Source of the DNA: an uncultured Candidatus Saccharibacteria bacterium
GTDB taxonomy: Bacteria > Patescibacteriota > Minisyncoccia > Portnoybacterales > UBA2143
Assembly (NCBI GenBank): GCA_964594965.1
Contig: CAZQMX010000001.1
Location: 91,667-135,417 of the forward strand
Direction of reading: 5' to 3'
DNA length: 43,751 nt
Program-made: the position numbers and the translations under genes
Shown: positions 21,999 to 31,750 of the stretch, in pieces
Position numbering within the stretch: position 1 is the stretch's first letter
Layout of the letters: each line of letters starts with the position of its first letter
The notes under the pieces: model-generated
What the model was told of the DNA's origin: nothing
The model's database searches: none
What the model saw: the letters and a program-made list of their open reading frames with translations, nothing else

Positions 21999-22039
21999 CT
22001 CTTAAATTAGAAAATACTGAGCATCCTGTCAATACTTTT

Positions 22040-22048
22040 TTATCCACA
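22040..22048 (+). promoter_or_regulatory. Consensus DnaA box
   Basis: TTATCCACA, 7 nt upstream of a minus-strand TTGACA. Confidence 0.45.
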
Positions 22049-22111
22049 ACCCAAAACAGAGCGGCTAAAATGATTACCCCTCCAATAAAAAAGATAATTC
22101 TTTTCATAAAA

Positions 22112-22447
22112 TTACTTTCCTTTGATTCTTAAAAATGGAGCAATGAAAATTAATCCGTATCCAGCCCATAATGACCAGAGCTGAAAGATTTCAGTATTAA
22201 AGCGCATTGTCACGAAATAGTCTAGGATAAGACCAACTACAACCCAGACAAATCCATAACCCAAAGCCGAACCCATTGAACTTGGCTTAACTTTTTTAGC
22301 CAGAAACCAGGCAATTAATCCAGCTACCAGAATTATGAGTATTTTCATCCAAAGAGTTTCTTGGTATGTATTCAGAACTGCTGAAACAATAGCAAACATT
22401 AAAACCCAGATTAATACTCCAAAACCAATTGCTTTTTTCCAATCCAT
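22112..22447 (-). CDS. Small four-TM membrane protein
   Basis: AGGAGGTG SD before MDWKK; four hydrophobic segments. Confidence 0.8.
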   Translation of the reverse strand: MDWKKAIGFGVLIWVLMFAIVSAVLNTYQETLWMKILIILVAGLIAWFLAKKVKPSSMGSALGYGFVWVVVGLILDYFVTMRFNTEIFQLWSLWAGYGLIFIAPFLRIKGK

Positions 22448-22476
22448 ATTATCACCTCCTTTCATTTTTAAATAAT

Positions 22477-23001
22477 TTATCCCCACCTAAAAAGATTCTT
22501 TTTAAGAAAAGGCCAGGTTGGAAATTCCAAGTAATGCATAATATATTCCTGAGTAATTTTAGGAATTCCGGCGATTAGTAGGATAATAATTAATCTTTTA
22601 ATATTGTCGGTCTTAAAGTTGAAAAACTTTTTTAATCCGACAACTAATAAATAGAAATTCTCAAAGATATTAGGAGCTAAAAAGACCAATTGTCTAATCT
22701 TGAATATTTCAAAAGCGATTATCCCTAAAACCCGCCAGGAGAAAAGAACCGCTGCTGTTCTCCGGGCTAGAACCTCCTGCCACTTAAAAGCCATGTACAT
22801 TTCAAAGCCCAAATAATAGGTATCAAAGAATTTATCATAAACATGGTAATTTCTTCCCTCAAACCATCCCCAGCCAAAAGCATCCATTAAAACCACATCA
22901 GAAATATCTCCTAAAATCACTAAAATAGCCCCCCAGAAAGGCCAGCGCAGAATTGTAAAAGGCACAAAAAATCTAATTAAAACAACAACCAAACCAGCCA
23001 T
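22477..23001 (-). CDS. Membrane protein
   Basis: Multi-TM; DISD and YDKFFD acidic motifs. Confidence 0.75.
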   Translation of the reverse strand: MAGLVVVLIRFFVPFTILRWPFWGAILVILGDISDVVLMDAFGWGWFEGRNYHVYDKFFDTYYLGFEMYMAFKWQEVLARRTAAVLFSWRVLGIIAFEIFKIRQLVFLAPNIFENFYLLVVGLKKFFNFKTDNIKRLIIILLIAGIPKITQEYIMHYLEFPTWPFLKKNLFRWG

Positions 23002-23004
23002 AAA

Positions 23005-23334
23005 TTAATTAAAATTCTTAGCATCCATCTCAATCCAGTCATTATCTATTTCATCCCACTTATATGCTTTCATTTTATGAATTTTCTCATCCGGGCTATA
23101 AATGTATTCAACCCCGGTTTCTCCGCCAAGTCTTTTTTTGGAATAACTTGTTTTTCTATCCAAAACCAAGGGACGGATAATAAATTCCAATTTTACCCTT
23201 CCCATTGGTCCCTTAAAGATAATAGCTTCAATATCTGTCCCACCCTGTTCATCAAGGTGTTTTTTCTCATGTTCTTCAACCTCAAACTTATCTTTAATAT
23301 CATTAACCAAATTGTCCCACTTTTCAGGAAGCAT
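23005..23334 (-). CDS. Hypothetical protein
   Basis: 109-aa ORF with a -10 hexamer 6 nt before ATG. Confidence 0.8.
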   Translation of the reverse strand: MLPEKWDNLVNDIKDKFEVEEHEKKHLDEQGGTDIEAIIFKGPMGRVKLEFIIRPLVLDRKTSYSKKRLGGETGVEYIYSPDEKIHKMKAYKWDEIDNDWIEMDAKNFN

Positions 23335-23359
23335 ATATTTATTCTACTATACTATGACC

Positions 23360-24133
23360 TTATTTCCAAACTACAATCATATTTTTCTCAATTTTTGTGA
23401 TTGGCAAATGATCGCCGGTTGGATAATCCCTGATAGCATTATACATTACATCCTGATCATATCGATACAATTCCCCTCTTTTTGTCCCATTGTCGTTGAC
23501 AATAAATTCCTTGGTATTAGAATCATATCCCCGGATTATTAAATTATGTCTTTCCGGGCCGGGAGGGGTATAATATGGATTATTTAATAACCGGCCGTTA
23601 GTTGGAACAATAACTGCATTCCCTTTTTCAATTTCTTGAATAATATCACTTAAAACAATATTTTTTTCAACTCTAACCCGACTATATCCAAAATATCCTT
23701 TGATAATTCTTTCCATGGTATCAAAGACAGAAGTATCAATAAATCCGCCAAAATTATCTTCCTGATATTGAGAAATAGCTGCTATTCCCTCCTTGGCAAT
23801 TTGATTATTCAAATCCAATCCCCTTGCCCAGTAAATTGCCATTAATGAAGCCGCTTCTTCACAACCATCCTGGTAAATTGGATTATCCCATTCTCCAAGA
23901 GGCGCCTGGGGAATAAAAGGAATATCAAGTAATGGATATTCTTTTTCTTCTATCTTTTTCTCTGGTAAAATCCCTTTCTTTATGTCAGGACTTTCCAATT
24001 TCTCATTTAAATCAGAAAAAGACTCATAATCTTTAATTTCTTCTAAAGATTCTTCTGGAGAATAAAAATAGACCACGGCAGCGGTTAAGATAATAAAAAA
24101 GATGATTCCTATTCTGTATTTAAAATTGCCCAT
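23360..24133 (-). CDS. Peptidase C39-like protein
   Basis: PFIPQAP, GCEEAS, HNLIIRGYD, VNDNG. Confidence 0.85.
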   Translation of the reverse strand: MGNFKYRIGIIFFIILTAAVVYFYSPEESLEEIKDYESFSDLNEKLESPDIKKGILPEKKIEEKEYPLLDIPFIPQAPLGEWDNPIYQDGCEEAASLMAIYWARGLDLNNQIAKEGIAAISQYQEDNFGGFIDTSVFDTMERIIKGYFGYSRVRVEKNIVLSDIIQEIEKGNAVIVPTNGRLLNNPYYTPPGPERHNLIIRGYDSNTKEFIVNDNGTKRGELYRYDQDVMYNAIRDYPTGDHLPITKIEKNMIVVWK

Positions 24134-24681
24134 AATTCATCCCGGCCCCTTTTGGTTTTAGCTGAATAAGGAATAACCTTATTCTGGCCAACTTTTTCCT
24201 GAATAATTTCTAAATGTTTGGCTAATTGATTCTTTTTTAATTTATCTACCTTATTCGCCAGGATAATAAAGGGATACTTATTCTTATCCAACAATCCCAA
24301 CATTTCCTGGTCAAATTTACTCATTCCAACTTTAGCGTCAACAATTAAAACTATTTTCTTGAATTTAACTTTAGAACGGAATAAATACCAGAGAATCATT
24401 CTTCTGGTTTTTTCTTTTTGCTTAAGGGATGCCTCTAGAAATCCATAACCGGGCAAATCAATAAAATAGAATTCCTTGTTAATTAAAAAGAAATTAATCT
24501 GTCTGGTTTTCCCGGGAACAGAACTGGATTTAACCAGATTCTTTCTCCGAACCAGGGAATTGATAACGCTTGATTTGCCAACATTGGACCGACCAACAAA
24601 AGCTATCTGCGGTATTCCATCCTCCGTAATCTTATTCGTCCCAGTAATTCCCTTAATAAATTCAGCTGTTTTAATTTCCAT
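24109..24681 (-). CDS. engB: GTPase YihA/YsxC
   Basis: GRSNVGKSS, PGKT, DLPGYG, NKVD. Confidence 0.95.
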   Translation of the reverse strand: MEIKTAEFIKGITGTNKITEDGIPQIAFVGRSNVGKSSVINSLVRRKNLVKSSSVPGKTRQINFFLINKEFYFIDLPGYGFLEASLKQKEKTRRMILWYLFRSKVKFKKIVLIVDAKVGMSKFDQEMLGLLDKNKYPFIILANKVDKLKKNQLAKHLEIIQEKVGQNKVIPYSAKTKRGRDELWAILNTE

Positions 24682-24698
24682 AGTGATTTTATCCTACC

Positions 24699-24729
24699 AA
24701 AAAACCACTGGATAATCCAGTGGTTTTTT
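24699..24729 (-). terminator. Intrinsic terminator
   Basis: AAAAAACCACTGGA-TAA-TCCAGTGGTTTTTT. Confidence 0.8.
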
Positions 24730-24737
24730 AATCAATT

Positions 24738-25559
24738 CTACCTATTTATTCCAATAAATGGACTGGCTTGGCCCCAATAGGTTGGGACTTTACCATCCCA
24801 TTTTTCAATCCATCGTAATTCAACCACTTGCGGATTAGCCCTTAAAGCTTGGGCTTCAATTTGAATTGCCTGGGCCTTTCCCTGGGCTTCTGCAATTTTC
24901 TGTTCAGCTTCAATCTTAATTCTCTCTAAATCCCTTTCGGCTTTTAGTTTTAACTGCTCGGCTGTAACTTTGGCTTCAATGGCTTCATTAAAAGCCGGTG
25001 AAAAATCAAAGTCAATAATATTGAATTCATCAACCAAAATATCTCGTTCTAATAATCTTTCTGCCAGATTTGCTTTGATTTGATCTTTAACCACTTCTCT
25101 CTTGGTGATTAACTCTTCAGCGGTAAATTTGGCTGTGACGGCCTTAACGGCTTCCTGGATGGACGGAGAAATAATTCTGGAGTTATAGTTTTTTCCAACC
25201 TCCTGCCAAATTTTGTTAACCGAACCTGGAACTAAATGATAATTTAGAGCAATCTTAGAAGTCACAATCTGTAAGTCCTTGGAAGAAGCTGTGGCCGGAA
25301 CTTCATCTTTTTTAATCTTAACATCCATTTTAACTACCTTTTGGATAAAAGGAATTTTAACATAAAGGCCTTCATCAAAAACCTTATCCTTGACCGCTCC
25401 AAACTGAAGTAGAACCCCCCTTTCACCAGCGCCGATTGTTCCAAAAGCGCCAAAAACAAGGATTAGGATGATTAGGGTATAAAATATCCGGGAAATAATT
25501 TTCTTTTTATTAATCTTCCTTATTCTCTCATTGATTTCTACAATTTTATCTGGATTCAT
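24738..25559 (-). CDS. Prohibitin/SPFH (band 7) protein
   Basis: GERGV, SKDLQ, AEELITKR, AIEAKVTAEQ; start moved to MNPDK. Confidence 0.92.
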   Translation of the reverse strand: MNPDKIVEINERIRKINKKKIISRIFYTLIILILVFGAFGTIGAGERGVLLQFGAVKDKVFDEGLYVKIPFIQKVVKMDVKIKKDEVPATASSKDLQIVTSKIALNYHLVPGSVNKIWQEVGKNYNSRIISPSIQEAVKAVTAKFTAEELITKREVVKDQIKANLAERLLERDILVDEFNIIDFDFSPAFNEAIEAKVTAEQLKLKAERDLERIKIEAEQKIAEAQGKAQAIQIEAQALRANPQVVELRWIEKWDGKVPTYWGQASPFIGINR

Positions 25560-25791
25560 AAAGTTCAGCGAACAAATAACAACGAACAGCAAACAATATT
25601 TAATCGGGTGCGATTACTTCAAATAATCATTTTGTTCATTGTCCATTGATTATTGTTCATTGATTATGCAATTATCCCTCCCCGACCTTTATCCTATTAT
25701 ACCAAAAGTATTACTTTTTGGAAGGAAAAGTAAAATGTCCATGAGCTACCACCCACGGACATTTAAAAGATTGTCCTTAGAATTAATTCCC

Positions 25792-26115
25792 TTAACTTCC
25801 TCCAGGCCGAGACGATTTATCTATTTGGTGTGCCCTTTCAGTTATCTCTACTATCAGCTCCGCTGCTTTTCTTGGGCTAATTTTTTTTAGAATAGATTTC
25901 TCAACCAAATCAATCTCTCCATAGAAACTAGCTATGGTTGTGATAAAGACAAGGATATCAATATCTGTATTAAGAACCTCGATCGCTTTTATTTTGGCGG
26001 TTTCTGCCTTTTCGTCAACCTCTGAGACAGTCACGGTTTCTATGTATGCCTCAACAAAGTCAATCAAACCCGATCTTGCTTCAGGACTCAGCGACCTTGA
26101 ATACAATTCAGTCAT
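25792..26115 (-). CDS. Orphan protein
   Basis: AGGAGAGG SD, boxA-like leader. Confidence 0.7.
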   Translation of the reverse strand: MTELYSRSLSPEARSGLIDFVEAYIETVTVSEVDEKAETAKIKAIEVLNTDIDILVFITTIASFYGEIDLVEKSILKKISPRKAAELIVEITERAHQIDKSSRPGGS

Positions 26116-26189
26116 TTCCTCTCCTTTCTTTAATTAATCCCAAGTTAAAATATTAAAGAACCACCATCTTATCCCAGCCTTCTGGTAAC

Positions 26190-26357
26190 TTACCCGCAGG
26201 GTTTAGTTGGCATTGGCGCGCTTGGAACGCCATGTTTAATCCACTCTCCATCAACACAAATCCAATCATCTTCACTTCCTCCAATTAAAAACCTTAGCGC
26301 GAAAGCAAGGACAATAATTGCTAATATTAAAAGTGGTATTTTATATATCCTCCTCAT
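26190..26357 (-). CDS. 55-aa membrane-anchored protein with EDDWICVDGEWIKHGVP motif
   Basis: Manual translation; TM segment then a two-Cys Trp-rich module. Confidence 0.75.
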   Translation of the reverse strand: MRRIYKIPLLILAIIVLAFALRFLIGGSEDDWICVDGEWIKHGVPSAPMPTKPCG

Positions 26358-26392
26358 TGTGTTTTTAAGTATATCACAATATTTATTAGAAA

Positions 26393-26431
26393 TGAAAGGC
26401 GGCTGGCAGAACTACTACCAGCCGCTCTTTT
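26393..26431 (-). terminator. Intrinsic terminator
   Basis: GCGGCTGGCAG/CTACCAGCCGC stem (G-U on minus strand) then TTTCATTT. Confidence 0.7.
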
Positions 26432-26448
26432 AAAGATCTTGTGGGAAC

Positions 26449-27928
26449 TTATGGAGGAATACTTGTTTGGATTTTCATCCTCCACAACTCATTCCCCATA
26501 AGAAAGAACTCGGTCATTGGTACTTCTTGGACAATCACTTGCCCAGGGATGCGTTTAGATTTTTCTTCTTCCAGTAGTTTTATCACTTCCCCTGGCGGCA
26601 GCACCCCTCGCGGGAATATAAATTTTCCCAATCCAAGGTATGTCTTAAATCCCAGACGTCCACTAACATCCTCGGGTTGAGTGACAATCTCCCATTCGAA
26701 CCCTTCATCAGGTACCGGCAAGTTATCAAAGATCTCCTTGAATCTTTCTCCCAAATGGCCCCTTGCTACCAGAGATGGAGCTAGCGTTCTAGGTTGGCTC
26801 AATTTTTTCTTTCTTCCGGTGTCAGGAGAAAGTATTTTTATAACCCTCCCTTTGGCGTTGAAGAATTTCCGGGTTTTTGCCTCGAAAGACATGTTGGTTT
26901 TTCTCGCCTTGTCCCGAATTGATGTCAGTTCGGCTGATTCTAGGTTTCTTTTCACCCATTTTTCAAATAAGTTTCTGGCTTCGTGAGAGGATATTTCCCC
27001 TTTTCCGATTGGATGAATCTCGTTTGTTTCCAAGATTACTATCTCGTATCTGGCCAATTTCCAACCGCTTGATCCTCTTTTTCTCTTTTTTTTTCTTTTT
27101 GCCTGGTCCTTTCCAATCCGGCGAGATAACCTCCAGGCGTGAAGTTTTCCCCGTGCTACTGACCTTCTTCCAGATTTCAACCGACTCATTCAGTCTCTTG
27201 GCCAATCGAGCAGCTTTTTTCCTGGCCTTGCCTATAGGAATCATTCCTATTGATTTAGGGGGAATAGACTCAGAACGCAATTCCAGCTGTGGTAGCCTTG
27301 GCCAAGACCAATTAGCTCTTTTTCTCGTTCCGGTCTTTTTCTTAACCCGAGCAGTTACTTTGTCTTTTTCTACAACAGGAGGCTCTGTGACAGGTTCAGT
27401 GGTTATTTCCCTTTCTTCTACAACCCTTTCTTCTACGACAGGCGGCTCTGTGGTAGGTTTTTTTGCGTTCTCCTGTATAAGGAACGGCAGAGCAGAAAGC
27501 TCTTTCTTTTCCTTATCATCACCGACTCCTTCTCCGAATGAGAGCAATAATTTGGGGTCGTCAGAAAAATCTTCAAACACAAATTTAGGGCTTTTTGAAA
27601 TAGCGTCTTCTCGACCGCCGGATTCAGTAATGATTCCGTTCAATGATTTTTGAGCCTTTCCAGTGATTCCATCTGGGAAAAAGTCACACCCTAGACAAAA
27701 AATCTCCCCCTCCCTTTTTGCCCCAGCGGATTCTTCGCAAATCCGACGAGCAATGCAATTTGACCCAACTTGGGTGTTTCTTTGTCTAATTACTTTTAAC
27801 CATTCTTTAACAACAGGATTGCCGATGTCTTCCCCATTTTCGGCTGGCCAATCAATAACAATAGATTCATCTCCTAGGTCAATGGTTAATCTGGATACTG
27901 AGTTAATACAGGCCTTATATTCACTCAT
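26449..27928 (-). CDS. Orphan protein of about 492 aa split by a frameshift in an A9 tract
   Basis: Overlapping 321-aa and 246-aa ORFs join if one A is removed at 27086-27094; GGAGGTG SD. Confidence 0.55.
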
Positions 27929-28167
27929 AATCTCACCTCCCTTCTCTCTGAGAATTTTGGTTTTTGTTATATGATTTATTATTTAAACAGTTAAAGAGCT
28001 TTGATTTTACCTTATCCTACTATATCTCTGTCGTCAACAAAATCTCTATCTCTATTCCATCAAAAAACCGTCCCTTTGGCGATTAAATTCCTTGATTTTC
28101 AGAAGAAAATGAGGTAATAAGAAATTAAGTAAACAGTCCTTTAAATCCAAAAAAACAGGAAGCTGAA

Positions 28168-28509
28168 ATGGAAAAATCCAATAGCGAAGTAGAAAATCTA
28201 CGCAGAGAGGTAAAAGACCTGCGTAGAGAAACAGAAAAACTACTTTCTGATGTTAGGTACTTATCTATAGAGACCGAGAAAGCCAGAAGAGAGAATATAG
28301 CGTTAAGAAAGTATTTAGAAAGAATGATTATATTCTTCCTTCAGACTTTGTCAGAGAATAATAGACCTCCTACCGTTGCAGAGCTTATTAAGAAGACTAG
28401 AGTGGATATATATGACCTACGGAGACAATGCGAATATTTCCCTAGTTACAATTGGTTCGTAGAAAAAGCCGGTCTCACCCCAAACAGGAGGTCTTCAAAG
28501 AATTTCTAA
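28168..28509 (+). CDS. Coiled coil plus homing-endonuclease-associated-repeat-like domain
   Basis: Heptad N-terminus; RPPT..E...YFPSYNWFVEKAGL resembles the FGSWN..L..AG repeat. Confidence 0.6.
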   Translation: MEKSNSEVENLRREVKDLRRETEKLLSDVRYLSIETEKARRENIALRKYLERMIIFFLQTLSENNRPPTVAELIKKTRVDIYDLRRQCEYFPSYNWFVEKAGLTPNRRSSKNF

Positions 28510-28622
28510 AAAAAGAACGCCAAAACCAAGGCGTCTCTTTTTTTATTTCCACCAAAAAATCGTCTGTTTGGTAATTGAAAAATGAGGAAGGGCAAAGCAT
28601 TGATCGCTTTGCCCTCATCTCC

Positions 28623-28953
28623 TTATCTTTTGGTTTCTTGAACGCGAACGCGGGGAGATTTCCTATCAAAAAACCCGCATTTTGTTAATCTGTCTTTGGA
28701 GAAAAGAATCATTGTTCGCTTCCCCCAATTGCACAAACCCATAATCCTGCTTTCTTTCTTTGTCGAAGACCACCAACGTTGCCCTTTCCTAGAAGCGTCT
28801 ATCTTTCGGATAATTGCTATAGCTTCTTCCTTGCCCACACACCAGGGGCATTGAGGGCAACTCTTAGTGAGGTACTTAAGACCCCCCCCAGGTATATTCA
28901 AGGGGAATCTCAATCTTTTTACCTAAAACATTCTTGGCCTTTTCCCAAGCCAT
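28623..28953 (-). CDS. Cys-rich orphan split by a frameshift in a G8 tract
   Basis: GGGGGTG SD and MAWEKAK start; joins LKYLTKSCPQCPWC if one G is removed. Confidence 0.55.
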
Positions 28954-28998
28954 AATCACCCCCATATGTCTATTAATTTTTTAGAGAACTATCCTCGC

Positions 28999-29028
28999 TT
29001 CGTTAAATTTAAATTCGTTAAATTTAAA
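28999..29028. repeat. Perfect 15-bp tandem duplication
   Basis: TTCGTTAAATTTAAA twice. Confidence 0.9.
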
Positions 29029-29109
29029 ACAGAATAACACCACTATATTATCCTGTCAAATTACCCCCGCACCAACTTAAAGTCGGTTATCGCATAGCCG
29101 ACTTCTCAT

Positions 29110-29508
29110 TTACTCGTAAAGTGCTTTTTTAATTCTTTCCTTAATTTTCTCATGCCAAAAACTATAATCATCTAATGATTCCGGTTTTATCCAGGCATAA
29201 TTCTGATGCTCATTACTTAATTTAACTTCTGGCTTGCCTTCAATGCGACCGACAGAAACACTGATATAGGTATCGCCACTATCACTCATATCAACACTAG
29301 ATACTTTTTCTATTACAAAATCCTTAATTCCTGTCTCTTCTTCAACTTCACGCCTTAATCCTTCTTCTAGTAATTCGTCTTTATCCAATCTTCCACCCGG
29401 CAACATCCACTTACCATCTTTTTCTAAAACTAAAATCTCGTCGTTATCATTCTTTAAAACAATATTCTGATCTATTTTAAATAATTTATGTTTTATTGAA
29501 TTTTCCAT
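29110..29508 (-). CDS. NUDIX hydrolase
   Basis: WMLPGG...GLRREVEEETG, LSNEH. Confidence 0.9.
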   Translation of the reverse strand: MENSIKHKLFKIDQNIVLKNDNDEILVLEKDGKWMLPGGRLDKDELLEEGLRREVEEETGIKDFVIEKVSSVDMSDSGDTYISVSVGRIEGKPEVKLSNEHQNYAWIKPESLDDYSFWHEKIKERIKKALYE

Positions 29509-29517
29509 AATTCCATT

Positions 29518-30588
29518 CTACTCCCTCAATCTCTCTTTAATCAAAGTATCTAAAAACTGGCCAAATCCCATTCCGGCGGCTTTGGCTGTTTCTGGATACA
29601 AACTGGTCATGGTCATGCCCGGAATAGTATTAACTTCTAAAAAATAGACCTTATTATCCTCCTCTGACCAAATAAAGTCAGCTCTGGCCAAATCTCGACA
29701 ACCCAGCGCCTGAAACGCCTTAACTGCAGAATCCTGAACTCTTTTCTTAATTTTTTGAGGAATCTTAGCTGGACAGACATGCTCACTCCCTCCATCTTGA
29801 TACTTTGACTTGTAATCATAAAAACCAGCTAATTTAGGAATGATTTCTATAACCGGCAAAGGACGGCTTGGATTATTGCCCATCACCCCGACAGTCAATT
29901 CCCTGCCTTTTTTAAATTCCTCTATCATAATCTCCGGACCGTATTGAAATGCTTTATCAATGCTTTTTTTCAATTCTTTCCTATTATCAACTATTGAGAT
30001 TCCAACTGAAGAACCTAGCTCAACGGGCTTGACCACCATCGGCCAGGAGAATTCTTTAATTAATTGAGGTAAATTATAATCCCCACCTTTTTTTAAAACT
30101 CGATAAGGGATAACATCAACCCCAACATCTCTGACAATAACCTTTGCCCTGGGCTTATTCATTGCCAAAGCGCTGCCCAAAACATCAGAGAACATATAGG
30201 GCACACCCAACATTTCGAGCATCCCCTGCAATTTCCCATCTTCGGCATAGGGACCATGAATTATTGGCAAAACCAAATCAATTCGACTATTCCCGGTCTC
30301 CCCTTCAATAATATTAGTCAAACTCAGATTCTTATCAGAAACACTGACCAATTTCTGCGACTGAGAAACACTTATCCCACCTTCCTTCGAACTGCCATCA
30401 CTCAATTTCAAATACTGACTTCCCCTATCACCAATCAACCAATTCCCCTTTTTAGTAATAGCAATCGGGATAATATTATACTTTTCCTTATCCAAAGCAT
30501 CAATTACTCCTCTGGCTGAGGACAAAGATACTTCATGCTCATCCGACTTCCCCCCAAACACAATCCCTAAGTTTATTTTCCTGGGCAT
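29518..30588 (-). CDS. ddl: D-alanine--D-alanine ligase
   Basis: GGKSDEHEVS, HGPYAEDG, GSSVG, EVNTIPG. Confidence 0.97.
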   Translation of the reverse strand: MPRKINLGIVFGGKSDEHEVSLSSARGVIDALDKEKYNIIPIAITKKGNWLIGDRGSQYLKLSDGSSKEGGISVSQSQKLVSVSDKNLSLTNIIEGETGNSRIDLVLPIIHGPYAEDGKLQGMLEMLGVPYMFSDVLGSALAMNKPRAKVIVRDVGVDVIPYRVLKKGGDYNLPQLIKEFSWPMVVKPVELGSSVGISIVDNRKELKKSIDKAFQYGPEIMIEEFKKGRELTVGVMGNNPSRPLPVIEIIPKLAGFYDYKSKYQDGGSEHVCPAKIPQKIKKRVQDSAVKAFQALGCRDLARADFIWSEEDNKVYFLEVNTIPGMTMTSLYPETAKAAGMGFGQFLDTLIKERLRE

Positions 30589-30618
30589 AACCCGGTCTCC
30601 TTGTATAAGTTAATACTA

Positions 30619-31122
30619 TCAATTTCCTATCCTCTGATAAACCCTATTAACAACCCCATCAATGGATAGATTTTTATCTTTAATAACTATATCAGGTTTA
30701 ATCCTTTCTTCTTTTGGAATACTATGCCATAGATGATACATTTTTTTGATTGGCTCATGATTATTCTCTCCTCTTTGTTTATTTCTGCGAATATGTTCCT
30801 CTAAATCGTAACTAATTTCAATTACGAAACGCTCTATATTTTCTACTTCTTCTAATATTTTATTAAAATATTCTTTAGCAAAAAATCCTTCGTCGATAAT
30901 AATATTATCAAAATTCTTCAGTCCTTCTTTAATCTGCCTATTGATTTCCTTAAACCATAATTCCCTCTCATCATCATCTTTACCAAAGACAGATCCAGAA
31001 ATTTGTATTTTAATCTGATCAACTTCAATTACCTTAGAATTATCTAATTTCTGAGCAAGTTTCTCTGCTGCCGAAGTTTTACCTCCTGCAGGATGACCAA
31101 TAAAAATAATTATTCTTTTCAT
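30619..31122 (-). CDS. P-loop kinase-like protein
   Basis: GHPAGGKT Walker A, IIIDE. Confidence 0.8.
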   Translation of the reverse strand: MKRIIIFIGHPAGGKTSAAEKLAQKLDNSKVIEVDQIKIQISGSVFGKDDDERELWFKEINRQIKEGLKNFDNIIIDEGFFAKEYFNKILEEVENIERFVIEISYDLEEHIRRNKQRGENNHEPIKKMYHLWHSIPKEERIKPDIVIKDKNLSIDGVVNRVYQRIGN

Positions 31123-31150
31123 GCCCTCATTCTACCAAAAAATTATTCTG

Positions 31151-31750
31151 TTACAACCCCTTAATATCCCTAATTAATTCCGGGAACTTTTCCTGGTTAA
31201 AATGCCCCCTATTTTTAAATATTCTTCTAACAGCATTGGGCAAGGCCTTCTGATACTCCTCCTGATGGCCAAATGGAACAATTGAATCATCCTGGCTGTG
31301 ATAAAGAAAAATTCTACCACCTTGCTTATTTAATCCAGATAGGCTTTTTGGCAAAACAAAACCACCGAGAGATTCTTCCATCCCCTCTCTATCATACGGC
31401 GGCGAGATTAAAAAAGTTGCCAATATTTTCTTTGAAAACTTATTCTTAGACAAATACTTGGCTAAAAATATTGCCCCAAGAGAATGACCTAGGAGAATAA
31501 GGTTTTTATCTAAAAGTGGCTCTATTTTTTTAAGTAAGATTTCCCATTCCTTATACTTAGAATTCATTGGATTAGGCATCCTAAGCAACAAAACATCAAA
31601 TCGCTGACCAAGTTTTTCTTGTAGAGAACTACTCCATCCATGCTTCCTATACCTATCCAAGTCAATCTTAAGATTCTTTAGATGTAATAAAGATTCTTTA
31701 TCTGTATCAAAGGTTGTTCCTCCGTGGATAAATACTACTTGTTTTTTCAT
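31151..31750 (-). CDS. Alpha/beta hydrolase, RBBP9/YdeN-like
   Basis: FIHGG, GHSLG, SQDDSIVP, GHF. Confidence 0.9.
   Translation of the reverse strand: MKKQVVFIHGGTTFDTDKESLLHLKNLKIDLDRYRKHGWSSSLQEKLGQRFDVLLLRMPNPMNSKYKEWEILLKKIEPLLDKNLILLGHSLGAIFLAKYLSKNKFSKKILATFLISPPYDREGMEESLGGFVLPKSLSGLNKQGGRIFLYHSQDDSIVPFGHQEEYQKALPNAVRRIFKNRGHFNQEKFPELIRDIKGL

Noticed and set aside
22040-22048. Replication origin
   Set aside because: Single DnaA box, no dnaA/dnaN nearby and no change in gene strand bias.
21877-22107. 76-aa ORF as an intact gene
   Set aside because: Only the first 24 or so residues look like a signal/TM start; the rest crosses a DnaA box, a promoter and RNA stems. It may be a gene remnant.
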